A stretch of 64,000 bases of DNA from assembly GCF_037042905.1 (NCBI RefSeq), contig NC_087249.1, positions 7,318,001 through 7,382,000 on the forward strand. The letters run 5' to 3'. The translations under genes were made by a program, and so were the position numbers. The first letter of the stretch is position 1. Every line of letters begins with the position of its first letter. The notes beneath the pieces were generated by a model. That model worked only from the letters and a program-made list of their open reading frames with translations. It made no database searches and had not been told where the DNA came from. Source of the DNA: Lytechinus pictus. Taxonomy: Eukaryota. Below, piece after piece: positions 52,919 through 64,000 of the stretch.

Positions 52919-54410
52919 CACTGGCGTAAATCCGTGTTGATGGGTGGGGGGGATGACTGAAATATTTTGGCATTTTTTTGCAATCATGTTTTTAGATATG
53001 CAAGGAAGTGTCATTGATATGTCCACAGTGGCGTACCGTGGGTCACGGCATTGGGGGGGGGGGGGGGTGGGCACCAGCAAAATTTTTGAATCACTGAGTG
53101 AGTGCGCTAGTGAGCGCGCAAAGCGCGCTCAGTTGCCAGTTATACTGACCTAATAGAGACATTTTAAGGACAATGTCATTAAACGGATATGTATCTCACT
53201 GATCAAATAATGCGAGCGCGAAGCGCGAGCTGAAATTGTTTATATTCACACCTAAAAAGGGACATTATAATCAAATTTGTGTAATTATGATAGGTACCTG
53301 TCTCGCTAAACAATGCGAGCGCGAAGCGCGAGCTGAAAATTTAGATAATTCAGACCTGAAGTGGGGCATTCTAAGGTTTCTTTGTAGGAATTAACTAGGA
53401 CCTTACGTATTTTATTAACCAAGTGATGCGAGCGCGAGCTGAAAATTTTTGATATTCAGATCAGAAGAAGGGACATTTTAAGGTATGATTTTGGGAATTC
53501 ATGAAGAGCAGACATATCTCACCAATCCACTAATGCGAACGTAATCACGGACAGGAAATGTTTCATATATACGAAGACCTTAACATGGGGCAATCACTTT
53601 TTGAGACATGAAAAAGAAGCATATATGTCACTACATAAAACAATGATAACTCAAGTGCTAGGAAATATATTTGGTTTGTATTGACTTGAAAACGGGATGT
53701 TTTAGTACAACAGGATTATATATCTCGTTAAACAGACAGCGCGAGCACCAGGAACAACGAAGACGTAGGCCCTGGGCAAATCATAAAGTTATGATAAAAA
53801 TGCTTCTTATGTAATGTAACATAAAATAATTATGATATAATATATTATAATGAATAATATTTTCTTCTTTCACTATGTTTTTCTTCCTTTCTCCCTCTTT
53901 TCCCCCTTTCCCCGTTTTTTTTTTTTTTTTTTTGTCAGCCGATGGGGGGATGTGCCCCCCATGCCCCCCCGTAGTTACGCCACTGTATGTCCATATGGCA
54001 AATACCCCTCCAATATTATTATCTGTTTTACCCCATGATGGTTTAATGGTTTTATTAGAGATTACATTCATATTTTTTTGACATTCCATCTTAATCCCTT
54101 CCAAAAGACCCTAACATTGATGAATTGGAAGAAACGGGGGTTTGTCTTCAATGTTATAATAAGGACATAAGTATTTTGTTTGGAAATGGTGAACTGGCTC
54201 TTTATTTGCATTTTATGATTCAATAATATTGTTTTATTTGTTAAGCGGTATTTTAGGAAGAATTTTCACCGATAAAACAATTATCTCTTGTGATTTTTTT
54301 TTCATTTCTTTCGTAAAAAGTGGGGGGATGTTTGTACAGGCCACCCCCCCCCCTCCTCGAAAAGTGGGGGGGATATATCCCCCCCATCCCCCCCGGGATT
54401 TACGCCAGTG
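52919..54410. mobile_element. TIR MITE inserted in copy C only
   Basis: TIR cactggcgtaaatcc / ggatttacgccagtg; absent from copy B (attgaaac|ggaagagg at 49441); no clean TSD. Confidence 0.75.
53026..53985. mobile_element. hAT-type MITE nested in the previous element
   Basis: TIR cagtggcgta / tacgccactg; 8-bp TSD tatgtcca (53018-53025, 53986-53993). Confidence 0.85.
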
Positions 54411-56927
54411 TGGAAGAGGAGGTCAATGACGAGCAGAGCCAAGGGATAAGAACAAGACATCAAACTAGACAAGGTCCAAGTGGAGCGCCTCTGGCAGTCT
54501 CACCTGCATCACGCTATCCAATATAGTAGCAGTGCTGACTTTGAAAACTACTATAAAACAATTATTCACAAAAACACCATTCATACAATGATACAATACT
54601 ACGTTCATTGAAAATAAATGACATTTGACCTTGATCATGTGACCTAAGACTTGTCAGTGATACTTGATTACCCCTATATCCACATTTTATAAGTTTCTAA
54701 ACTTTGAAAGTTATGACAGCAATATAGTATTAATCTCCAAAATGGCCAAAGTTCAATAACCTTAAATGACCTTTGACTTTGGTCATGTGCCCTGAAACTG
54801 GCATGTGATTTTAGGTGATACTTGACTACTCTAATATCCAAGTTGATGAATCATATCCATAAGCTTTCAAATATATGATGGTAATTCAACAAATACCCCC
54901 AACATGGCCAAAGTTCATTGACGTTAAATGACATTTGACCTTCGTCATGTGACCTGAAACTCGCACAGGATGTTCAGTAATACTTGATTACTTTTATATC
55001 CAAGTTTCATGAATCAGATCTATAAACTTTAAAAGTTATGATGGTAATTCAACAGATCACCCGAACATCACTAAAGTTCATTGACCTTTGACCTTGGACA
55101 TGTGACCTGAAATTCGCACAGGATGTTTAGTGATACCTGATTACTATTATGTTCAAGTTTCATGAATCAGATTCATAAACTTTCAAAGTTATAATGTTAA
55201 TTTAACAAATACCCCAATTGGCCAAAGTCCATTGACCCTAATTGACCTTTGATCTTAGTCATGTGACTTGAAACTCAAGCAGGATGTTTATATACTTTAA
55301 TAACCTTATGTCCACGTTTCATGAACTAGGTTCATGTATTTTCTAAGTTATGATGACATTTCAAAAACTTAACCGTAGGTTAAGTTTTTGAAATTTTGAT
55401 GTTGATTCCCTAAACATGGTCTAAGTTCATTGACCATACATGACCTCTGACCTTGGTCTTGTGACCTGAAACTCAATAAGGATGTTTAGCAATGCTTGAT
55501 AAACCTTATGGTCAAGTTTCATGAACTAGGTCTGTATACTTTTTAAGTTATGATGCCATTTCAAAAACTTAACCTTCGGTTGAGATTTGGTGTTGACGCC
55601 ACCGCCGCCGGCATCCATATTTGAGTGCCAAAAATGTGCATATCCCGCCCCTTGGTCGTATGAAACTCTTATCACTCGCAACAAAATCTTTATAACTCGT
55701 TCATAGCTCGCTTTAAGTCGTATAAAGGTCACCGCAACTCATACTAAGCTCGGCCTGACTCGTTTCGCGCTCGGTTCACTCGTACAGCGAGCGTAGTGAA
55801 CTCGATGTTGGGCTTTTTGTCACTGAAGCCAATTCCAGGAAAAAATGTAAATTTCACGCGAGCTTGTGCGAGCTAAGGCGAGTTAGAGCTCGCGCAGCTC
55901 GCGTATGACTCGCAACTCCAACTCGCCAAAGTGGAAACCTTGCTTTGTCTCACTGCACTTACGGATGCAGAGAGGATGTAAAACGGAAAATAATCATGCC
56001 ATCCGTTGGAAAACGTTATGTATCCGTTGTGTACTCTTTGCATACGTGTTTCATACGCTCTATATCAATCGAGGATCCGTCCACTGTTATTTCAATGTTC
56101 GCCCATTTTTTCCATTGTCTAGAGTGGATGAAAACGGATGGAGCCGTGTGTTTATCTTCATCATCTTGAAGCAGCGCTTTATGGTTCATTTACAGTAAAT
56201 CTGTAAATTGTCAATGGAGTTCGACAAGGAATTTCTAAATTGGTGTATATGTATGCATGTTTTAGCGATCTAATGGGAATGACAAACTTAACGTCAAATT
56301 TGTGACAGATCAATCAGTTACAGAAAAATTATTCCACTTTCTGTTAAAAGAAGTAGGACACCAATTTGACACCTGCAATTTAATAGAAAGCCTTAACCAA
56401 TTTGGGGTCTGACATCGACTTGAAAATCATTGCAATATTCCTTAAAGGTCGATTATGGGGAAAATTGTAAGAAGCTTATTTGTAATTGACTTTAATTTTT
56501 TTTACAGAGATTATGCAATCGATAATTAAATATCGACAACATGAAATATATTTTTTAAAGGTTGCGAATCAAACTCGACTGGAAACTGCAAAACCTTGCC
56601 AGATGCAAATCTAGAGACTTATAAAAATGTGATCGTAATAATTGCATGATGACATCTTGAGTAATTTTGATGTTTAAACAAATATTTGTTAAAGTATATA
56701 GGCCTATTATGCACATATAGGTATGGTATTAATAGTGATTTTATCTATCCGATGTACGACAACAAAGCTATGTAAATTGAGATAAATATCTTCGTCATGG
56801 GCATAAGTCCCATGCCGGAAATTGATCCCGGGACTTTCACGTATGCACCCAGACTCCTAAGACCACTAGACCAAGGCACCTCTGCATTTGCTACGATGTT
56901 AATCACTTCTCGATCTTAATAGGGGGA

Positions 56928-57107
56928 TTATATGACAACCGTATTAATCTTGGGATAGACATCTCCGCCTTTGGTGCTATTTCCACATCGCGTGAAGACG
57001 AAAGCAAGAATTAGCCAAGCTCCCTCCAAAAGCTCGAAGATTGTTATGACGGACAGTCCAAGCCAGAGTCCAAGCTGGCCGCCAATATCGCTCAAGAGGT
57101 CGGGGAT
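56928..57107 (-). CDS. DEG/ENaC paralog 2, terminal exon (IPDLLSDIGGQLGLWLGLSVITIFE...NTVVI*)
   Basis: TM2 signature DIGGQLGLWxGxS; tttcag acceptor; TAA at 56928-56930. Not in the ORF track. Confidence 0.95.
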   Translation of the reverse strand: MPDLLSDIGGQLGLWLGLSVITIFELLEGAWLILAFVFTRCGNSTKGGDVYPKINTVVI

Positions 57108-57862
57108 CTGAAATTACACAGAGAGAATCGTGAAATTTCCTTTTCATTGAAAATTAGCATTAAAAGATGGAACGGGAGATTTGTACGAATCTCTTCCTAG
57201 TACCGGTAGAGTAGTAACGGAGGGACGATTAGCAGGGGAGGGGGCAGAAGCACAATTTCCAGGGTGACTGGGTCCAACATGTGCAGCGGCAGAATGCATG
57301 TATCACGAGCAGTGCCGGCCGCACTGAACAGAACGCTAATAGTAAAACCCAGTCACATCTTTCGGATTGTGAAGTCAAAACATTTATATCAATGTGTAAG
57401 TCATGCATTGTTTTAACATTATGCTTCTTATGTTTAATGTGCTCTTTCCTAATTCTTTAATAGTGAAGACAATATATCTTATTTAATCTTCCTAGACAAT
57501 TAACAATGATTTGAGATGATACTATGACCCTCTGTTAGAAATTTATGTCACAATTGGCTATCCATAGTTAAACCACAACTTTAGACCAGTTTAAATTACA
57601 CCTGACTTCAGAACACGGGCCAATGAGTATAATGCCGCCACAATTATATCACATCATATAGAGATATCCCTCTCGAATACTCTTATTTTCTCATTTTTGT
57701 CCCCTATTCCTATCTTCATTATTCGTTATTCATTATTCATTATTCGTTTTCACAATTTGAATAATCATATGGGGTGGTCCATGCAGCCCCTCTTCTCGCC
57801 AATGTGGTACCCCTAGATATCTGACAGATAGGAGGGGGAGGGGGGAGGGGTGTGGAATTTAC

Positions 57863-57938
57863 CGTGTATGCTGGCACTTGTCGAATATATTCGTAGTTGA
57901 ACTCGTCATAGTATACCTCCAGTTTCGCCAAGTTCTGC
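57863..57938 (-). CDS. DEG/ENaC paralog 2 exon (QNLAKLEVYYDEFNYEYIRQVPAYT)
   Basis: Pre-TM2 motif; tatag acceptor, gtaaat donor; phase 2/0. Confidence 0.93.
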
Positions 57939-58354
57939 CTATAAATAATAAATTTGGCAAACAAAAAATGCTGTTGAATGCATTCAATCTTCAAAATTTA
58001 ATTTTGAACATTCTTTACTTTAAATTTCCAATATTGAAACCCTGAATAAGACGGGGGAGGAAAATTTGCTTGATTGTTAATTTGCCGAAATCGGCAAATA
58101 AAATCCATATCTTTTTGATGAAGTTTGTTTCAGCGGCGTAATGAAATATTCTGAGGAGGCCATACATGATGTATGGGGCTAAAATTCTAAACAGCTGCGA
58201 GCGAGCGAAGAGAGAGAGCAAGAATTGTGACCTTTTTAATACGAAAGTCTGTGTGAAATATTTTTGTGTAATGTATACAGAGAATGATATCACTTTTCGC
58301 AATTTTAATTTCTCCCTTTTTTCTTGATCTTGAAACTTTTTTCTCTCTCTCTCT

Positions 58355-58386
<32 letters not shown>

Positions 58387-58483
58387 GGGGGGGGGGGGGG
58401 GGGCATAACTCCAAGTCCCCTATCAGTACACCAGTGGTTAGTAATTGAAGTATTGGACTTTAAGGACACCAATGTCAACTCAC

Positions 58484-58566
58484 CGAGTCCATTCTGAAGC
58501 GTTTTCTCCATTCACATGCCTCCTCATGACGTCATTATACAGCGCCATTCTTTTAAAGAGTAGAGA
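58484..58566 (-). CDS. DEG/ENaC paralog 2 exon (SLLFKRMALYNDVMRRHVNGENASEWTR, knuckle region)
   Basis: taacag acceptor, gtgagt donor; phase 0/2 bridges the flanking exons exactly. Confidence 0.8.
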
Positions 58567-59881
58567 CTGTTAATCAATAAAAACGTGAAATATGATAATT
58601 AGGTTATGATTGAATATTGTATTTTATTTCATTCAAAGTGTTATGGTCATGACAACAAAATCATAATGTGGAAAGTAAGGAAAATAATATGTCGTCTGTG
58701 ACAAAACAAAATCATTAAAGGCGTAAGCTCGTCACACACAGGGCAGAAGCCAGAAACATTTTGTTGGGGGGGGGGGGTGTACCGGCTACATTTGCCAACT
58801 AAATTTGGCGGGACAGCGACAACGTGCGCGCTTGTGGGCACAAGGGGGGCCTAGGATGTGCCCCCCTTCAGATGATAATTTTTTTTTTAAGTTTTAGAAT
58901 ACAATTCGTGGCATTTGGTGAATACTTTAAGGTGAATTCTACAAAGATTTAAAGATATTTGCACTGTAAAAAAATACACACTTTCAATCAAATAGAAAGG
59001 CTACTGTGACCTAGTTCATATTATGGCAAATTTAGATATACCCTTTGCATCAATTATATCAAAATCAAAGATTTCAGTTTTAATTGACCTTCTGTGCAAG
59101 ATGTATCAACTAAACTTGCGTCAAGAGTGCTACTGCTAAACTCATTTTGGAAATTTCAAGTAAAATTGAACATGCTGGACAATGTTTGTGATCCTGAACA
59201 AGATGCGTATGTAACTATAAAATTAATGCGAGTGCGAATCGCGAGCAGAAATTTTTAATATACTTTCTGGCCTGATCGGAAAGGGACCCGTTAAGGACTT
59301 TTTGCAGTTAGCCATGAAGACGATACATATTTCAACAATTGAATAATGCGAGCGCCAAGCGCGAGCTGAAGATTTTTGTCATTCCGACCAAAAATGGACA
59401 TTCTAAGCACTTTTTGTAATCATCAACGGGAGAGGTATAGAACTAAACAACTGATGCAAGCGCGACCGGAAAATTTGAGATTTCAGACCTGAAAACGATT
59501 TTTATTTTTATTTTTATTTTTTTATATTCTGATCTGAAACTGGATAATTTGAGCAGTTCATGCAAACCCATACTTTTTTGGGTGGAATAGCACTTTTAAA
59601 ACATGGTTTCCATTGACCGTATGGTCAATCATGGAAAAAGAATGGTCGACCCCAAAACAAACCAAAATCCTTCGATAGTTTACCATCCGAAGTGGTGGTG
59701 GGGGGGGGGGGGTTCGCGCGAACCCGAACACCCCGTTGTCCAGTTCTGAGAGGAAATGAAATTATGGTTGGGTTTGTGGTGGCAGATCATTAGATCATAT
59801 TCATTCTTTCTTTACTGACTAATATTGGCGCCGATAGTTGGCGCTAATGCTTAGCAAAAAAGGATGGGGATCGTATATATA

Positions 59882-61904
59882 CACAACAAAAAAAGTAAGT
59901 CCCCCCTAAATCAAATTGCTGTAACTTTTGAACGGAATTATTTTGAGATATGATATTTCGTAGGTGGTTTTCTACACTCATTAAGCAACCTCTGTGAAAA
60001 AATGAGATTGATCAATTGAGTCATGCATGGGTAATTAAAAATGACCATTTTTGAAAGTCACAAGAGTCGTTTTTCAGATTGTGCAAATACAAAGCTGGGC
60101 AAAAGTTGTTTTTAGGTGAATTTTATGGTGTTAATGCTGTTTTACTATCCATCATTTAGCCACTCCACACACAATTTTGATATCGTATGTTCATGGTTGA
60201 GTGAGCACAATAATGCAGGGGCCGCGGGGGGGGGGGGGGGCTCAGCCCCCACTTTTTTTTTCCAAAAGCATGTACAAAAATGTAAAAATGACCATACGAT
60301 TGTGATTTTTTGCATGGTCAGCCCCCCCCCCCTTTGAAAACCGTTCCGCGGCCCCTGTATAGTGACGTATCATCAAAGGGGTTTATGGTAGTATCCTCTA
60401 CAACTTGTTAGATCATGTTAAAATTTGAAAATGTTTGTGGCTCCCCCGATTATAGGCCCCTCCCCCATTTTAAAATTCTGGATCCACCACTGATTTGTCC
60501 ATAAATTAAACTGATCATGAGAATTTGTAAGAAAAAATACATTTATGCAGTATAAAGAGTGTTCATTCCTAAGTTTTCGAATGTGCTCGCTCAACCATGA
60601 AAATTTTAAAACTTCGGGAAGTGTGTGGTGATAGAAATGATGGATGATAAAAACAACAGCAATCAAAGTCACATTTGAAACCGAATTTGCCCCCAATATT
60701 CACTTTATAACCATTTAAAATGGGTCTGTGACATTGAAAATACCCAATTTTCCACTTTGATGTGTGCTCACTCATCCATAAATAAACAAATCGATTTCAT
60801 TTTTTCACAGAATTCTGCCCATAGGTTGATAAACATTACTGCCAAATGACATTGCTAAAGACAGCCTTGAAAAAAAGTTCCACCACATTGAATAGGGGGT
60901 TACTTATTCTTACATATGCACCCATAATGTACACAAGTCTATGAGAGAGGAAGTCAACATTTTAACAAATATGAAATGAGGGTTTGTTTCATGGACGGTT
61001 TTTGTTACTTCTGCCAACAGTTATTTCATAAAACTTAGCACATGGCTTCAGTGTAACACTATCCAAAATGTGCGCACACCAAAATAACCATTTGATACGG
61101 CACAGAGTGGGGCCAGGGCCTTGAACTTTCTTCCCATTTGCATAATTTTCGAATATTGTGTGCTCACTGATGCATTAAGCATCGGGATTTTCATAAAAAT
61201 CAAATCAAATGAACCATTCAAGGAGGTTTGTGATAGATATCCATAGTTACAAATTGCATTTTTTCCAATAACTTAAAAAAGAGCTAATCACATTCCACAT
61301 GTTCATTCAAGCGTGAATGTTTAATTAAACGCCTTTGAATCATTGAAGCATGTTAATTGGTCATGAACATAACGAAAAAGTTGAGAAAAGATCATTTTCA
61401 GTTACCAAAATGAAACAATACTTGTTTTTCAATGAATGTTCATTGAACCGTGAAACAATGAATATTGTTGAAGATACTCTTCCCAAAAGTAACTGTCATC
61501 ATATTCTATCATTTTTATTGATAGAAATGTGTAAAAAATCCAATTATAGCAAATTTTGACTTGTGTTCATTCAACCGTGAAATTTAGCCAGAAAAGTTGT
61601 ATCGTCTTTTAGAAAGTACCTTTTACAAGCCTTTCTGACTATTTTTCATGATGAGAATGTGGAATTAGTTCCAATAAAAATGGAATCAAAGTCATGTTAT
61701 TTGGCTTGTGACTTTTGAAAAGTGACATTTTTGCCTTCTGACGGTGCTCACTGAAGCATGACGTAAAATACTTCCATAACAACATTTACTCAGAGGGTAG
61801 CCTATAAAATTACCTACACGCTCATGTAAAAATATTTTAAAAACTCGCATTGGTTCGGAAATTATTGATGTTTGTTTAAGGGGGGACTTACTTTTGTTGT
61901 TGTG
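59882..61904. mobile_element. ~2-kb non-autonomous TIR element with TA flanks
   Basis: TA|cacaacaaaaaaagtaagtcccccctaaa ... ttaaggggggacttacttttgttgttgtg|TA; contains a short caggggccgcgg..ccgcggcccctg MITE at ~60217-60357. Confidence 0.75.
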
Positions 61905-62429
61905 TATATTTCCTCAAACCAAGCGCCGTATCTAAGGACGAAGGGAAAGGGCATCTTTTACGGAAGCCATTTTCAAGTACGCAATGGCGGGGGTATATCA
62001 AAGAATAAAAAATTGGGACTCATTTGCATATGTAGGTGTAAGAAAATACAATATGTTGAAATAAAATAATAGGAATAAAAGTTTGCTGAGTAATGGCGAT
62101 AAATAATAATAAGATGACAGTAATACAGGACGTTACTAAAGACGCAAAAGAAAACAAAGACATGGCGAAGAATAGAAGGGAGAGAGAAGGAATAAAGTAC
62201 TGAAGGGGAGCGAGAGAAGAAGAGACTGAAGGGGCAAAGAGACAGAAAGAGAGAGAGACACACACACACACATACACTTATGGATATGTAGAGAGAAATG
62301 TGAGAGAGAGAGAGAGGGGGGGGGGCAAGAAGGGGGGTGCAAACGCCCGGTGCAAACGTGAATCAAAGAGAGTGTGACTTAATAGCGTACTTAGACGATA
62401 CTAAAATTATACAATCTAATTAATTACTT

Positions 62430-63108
62430 TACAAATATTTTGAGTTTTCTCTTAAAGAAGTGGATGGAGGGGGCCTGTGAAATATCTTTATGGAGGGAAT
62501 TCCAAAACTATGGGCCTGTGAAAATAAAAAGTATCTTGAGCAAAACGAGTTCTTAGCATAGGTAGATGAAAGTTATCGGCGTGTCTGGTAGGATATCTGT
62601 GATAATTGTTATTTTGAAGAAGAAAAAAACACATCATGAAATGCAGAAGGAACCATATTATTTTGATACATGTACATATTCCTAGCTGGAATTGGTATAA
62701 GTCTTGAATTTTCAAAATTTTATAAACAAGGAAATGCGGATCAGTGTGAGAACGGGGATGTGAGAATGAACTAATACTAAGGGATTTCTTTTGTAATAAT
62801 AATATTTTGTTAAGTTAATTTGGTGTGTGTTGCCCCAAACAAGGATCCCATAGTTGTATGGTAATATAAGAGAAGAATATAATGTAAGTAGAGAAATAAC
62901 AGGAATCAATGTTTTAACCTATTTATAATGCCTATATTACGAGATATTGTTTTTCAAATATTATCAATATCGCATTTCCGGGAGAGTTTGTTATCTACAT
63001 GAACACCCAAAAAATTAATTGACGAGACACTTTCCAACTGAAAAATACAAATGTCAAAAGGCAACGAATCTATAGTATTACTGAATAAAATGTATTTAGT
63101 TTTTTGAC
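62430..63108 (-). mobile_element. Degenerate L2/CR1-group LINE 3' fragment
   Basis: LYSSLILPY.YGILVWGNTH and HRYPTRHADNFHLP remnants. Confidence 0.75.
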
Positions 63109-63111
63109 ATG

Positions 63112-63350
63112 GTGGGTCGGCTGTGGTGAAGCGCCCGCCTCATGAACGGAAGGTCGTAGGTTCGATCCCCTGCCGAGTCATACCAAACCAAAGGCTTTCA
63201 AAATGAGACCTTCGCCCTGCTTGTCAGGCGCTCGACGTATGAGAATGGAGAAGGATGATGATAACATATCATGCATGCAGGGCCCGCTGGAAGCTAACAG
63301 TTGAGTGGCTACCCAGGGTCAATAAGAGTTATTATTATTTTTATTATTAT
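63112..63350 (+). mobile_element. tRNA-derived SINE
   Basis: ggtcgtaggttcgatcccc B-box followed by gagtcatacc; (att)n tail. Confidence 0.6.
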
Positions 63351-63895
63351 AATTGATATTGTTAGCTCTGATCCAATTCAAATTTTTTAGTTAATTCAGA
63401 CTAAAATAATAAGACTAGAAAGGCCACTGGAAGACCAGCTAACAGTTGAAGTGGCTACCCTGGGTCAATAAGAGTTATTATTATTTTTATTATTATAATT
63501 ATTATTATAATTGATAATGTTAGCTCTGATCCAATTCAAATTTTTTAGTTAATTCAGACTAAAATAATAAGACTAGAAAGTTACTCTGATGAACAACACA
63601 AGAAGACTTAGGAGTCAAAAAGTTGCAGGGGGCAATATTTTAACATTTGCCCCTGGCGTCAAAGAATAATAAGACTAGAAAGGCCACTGGAAGAACAGCT
63701 AACAGTTGAAGTGGCTACCCTGGGTCAATAAGAGTTATTATTATTTTTATTATTATAATTATTATTATAATTGATAATGTTAGCTCTGATCCAATTCAAA
63801 TTTTTTTAGTTAATTCAGACTAAAATAATAAGACTAGAAAGTTACTCTGATGAACAACACAAGAAGACTTAGGAGTCAAAAAGTTGCAGGGGGCA
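63285..63895. repeat. ~260-bp tandem duplication (2 full units plus a partial) of a SINE-tail/LINE junction
   Basis: aataataagactagaaaggccactgg at ~63405 and ~63665. Confidence 0.85.
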
Positions 63896-63928
63896 CGATT
63901 TTCAAGAATAATTGGAACTAAAACTTAC

Positions 63929-63986
63929 CTCATAAGCATTCGCAGGCCAAATAGAAGAACTCGCTCGAGACAGATACGTGGTTTCA
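63929..63986 (-). CDS. DEG/ENaC paralog 2 exon (ETTYLSRASSSIWPANAYE)
   Basis: Y....S...WP motif; ttacag acceptor, gtaagt donor; upstream exons lie beyond the window. Confidence 0.88.
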
Positions 63987-64000
63987 CTGTAACGATGAAT

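Larger units (their letters stand above)
51031..55944 (+). mobile_element. Harbinger-like element, copy C (both ends present, with nested insertions)
   Basis: 25-bp TIR agcaaggtttccactttggcgagtt at both ends; internal palindrome aaaatttttgaacatgttcaaaaatttt at ~51222-51249; no matching TSD, so the superfamily is inferred. Confidence 0.8.

Overview
AT-rich, repeat-dense animal genomic DNA. The gene and repeat content suggests an echinoderm such as a sea urchin (inference). Reading splice sites and phases by hand gives two tandem minus-strand DEG/ENaC channel genes. Paralog 1 has 8 coding exons from 30134 down to 7450 and its 3' exons were not found in the window. Paralog 2 has its last 4 exons at 63986-56928. 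A single-exon, RING-less B-box/coiled-coil/beta-propeller (TRIM-like) CDS on the + strand (1336-3156) appears to lie antisense inside an intron of paralog 1. The rest is nested transposons, many with readable TIRs and TSDs (hAT-, Harbinger-, Tc1/mariner-, Kolobok-, P-, MULE- and CACTA-like MITEs), plus decayed LINEs, tRNA-derived SINEs and microsatellites. The most unusual structure is a spacer-less ~6.3-kb palindrome (44684-50959). It is built from two copies of a Harbinger-like element fused exactly at the element's own internal palindromic motif and has a perfect 342-bp core. It is followed by a short foldback of the element's left end and a third, complete copy. No prokaryotic systems, CRISPR arrays or intact transposases were seen. 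All family assignments come from motif recognition, not database searches.
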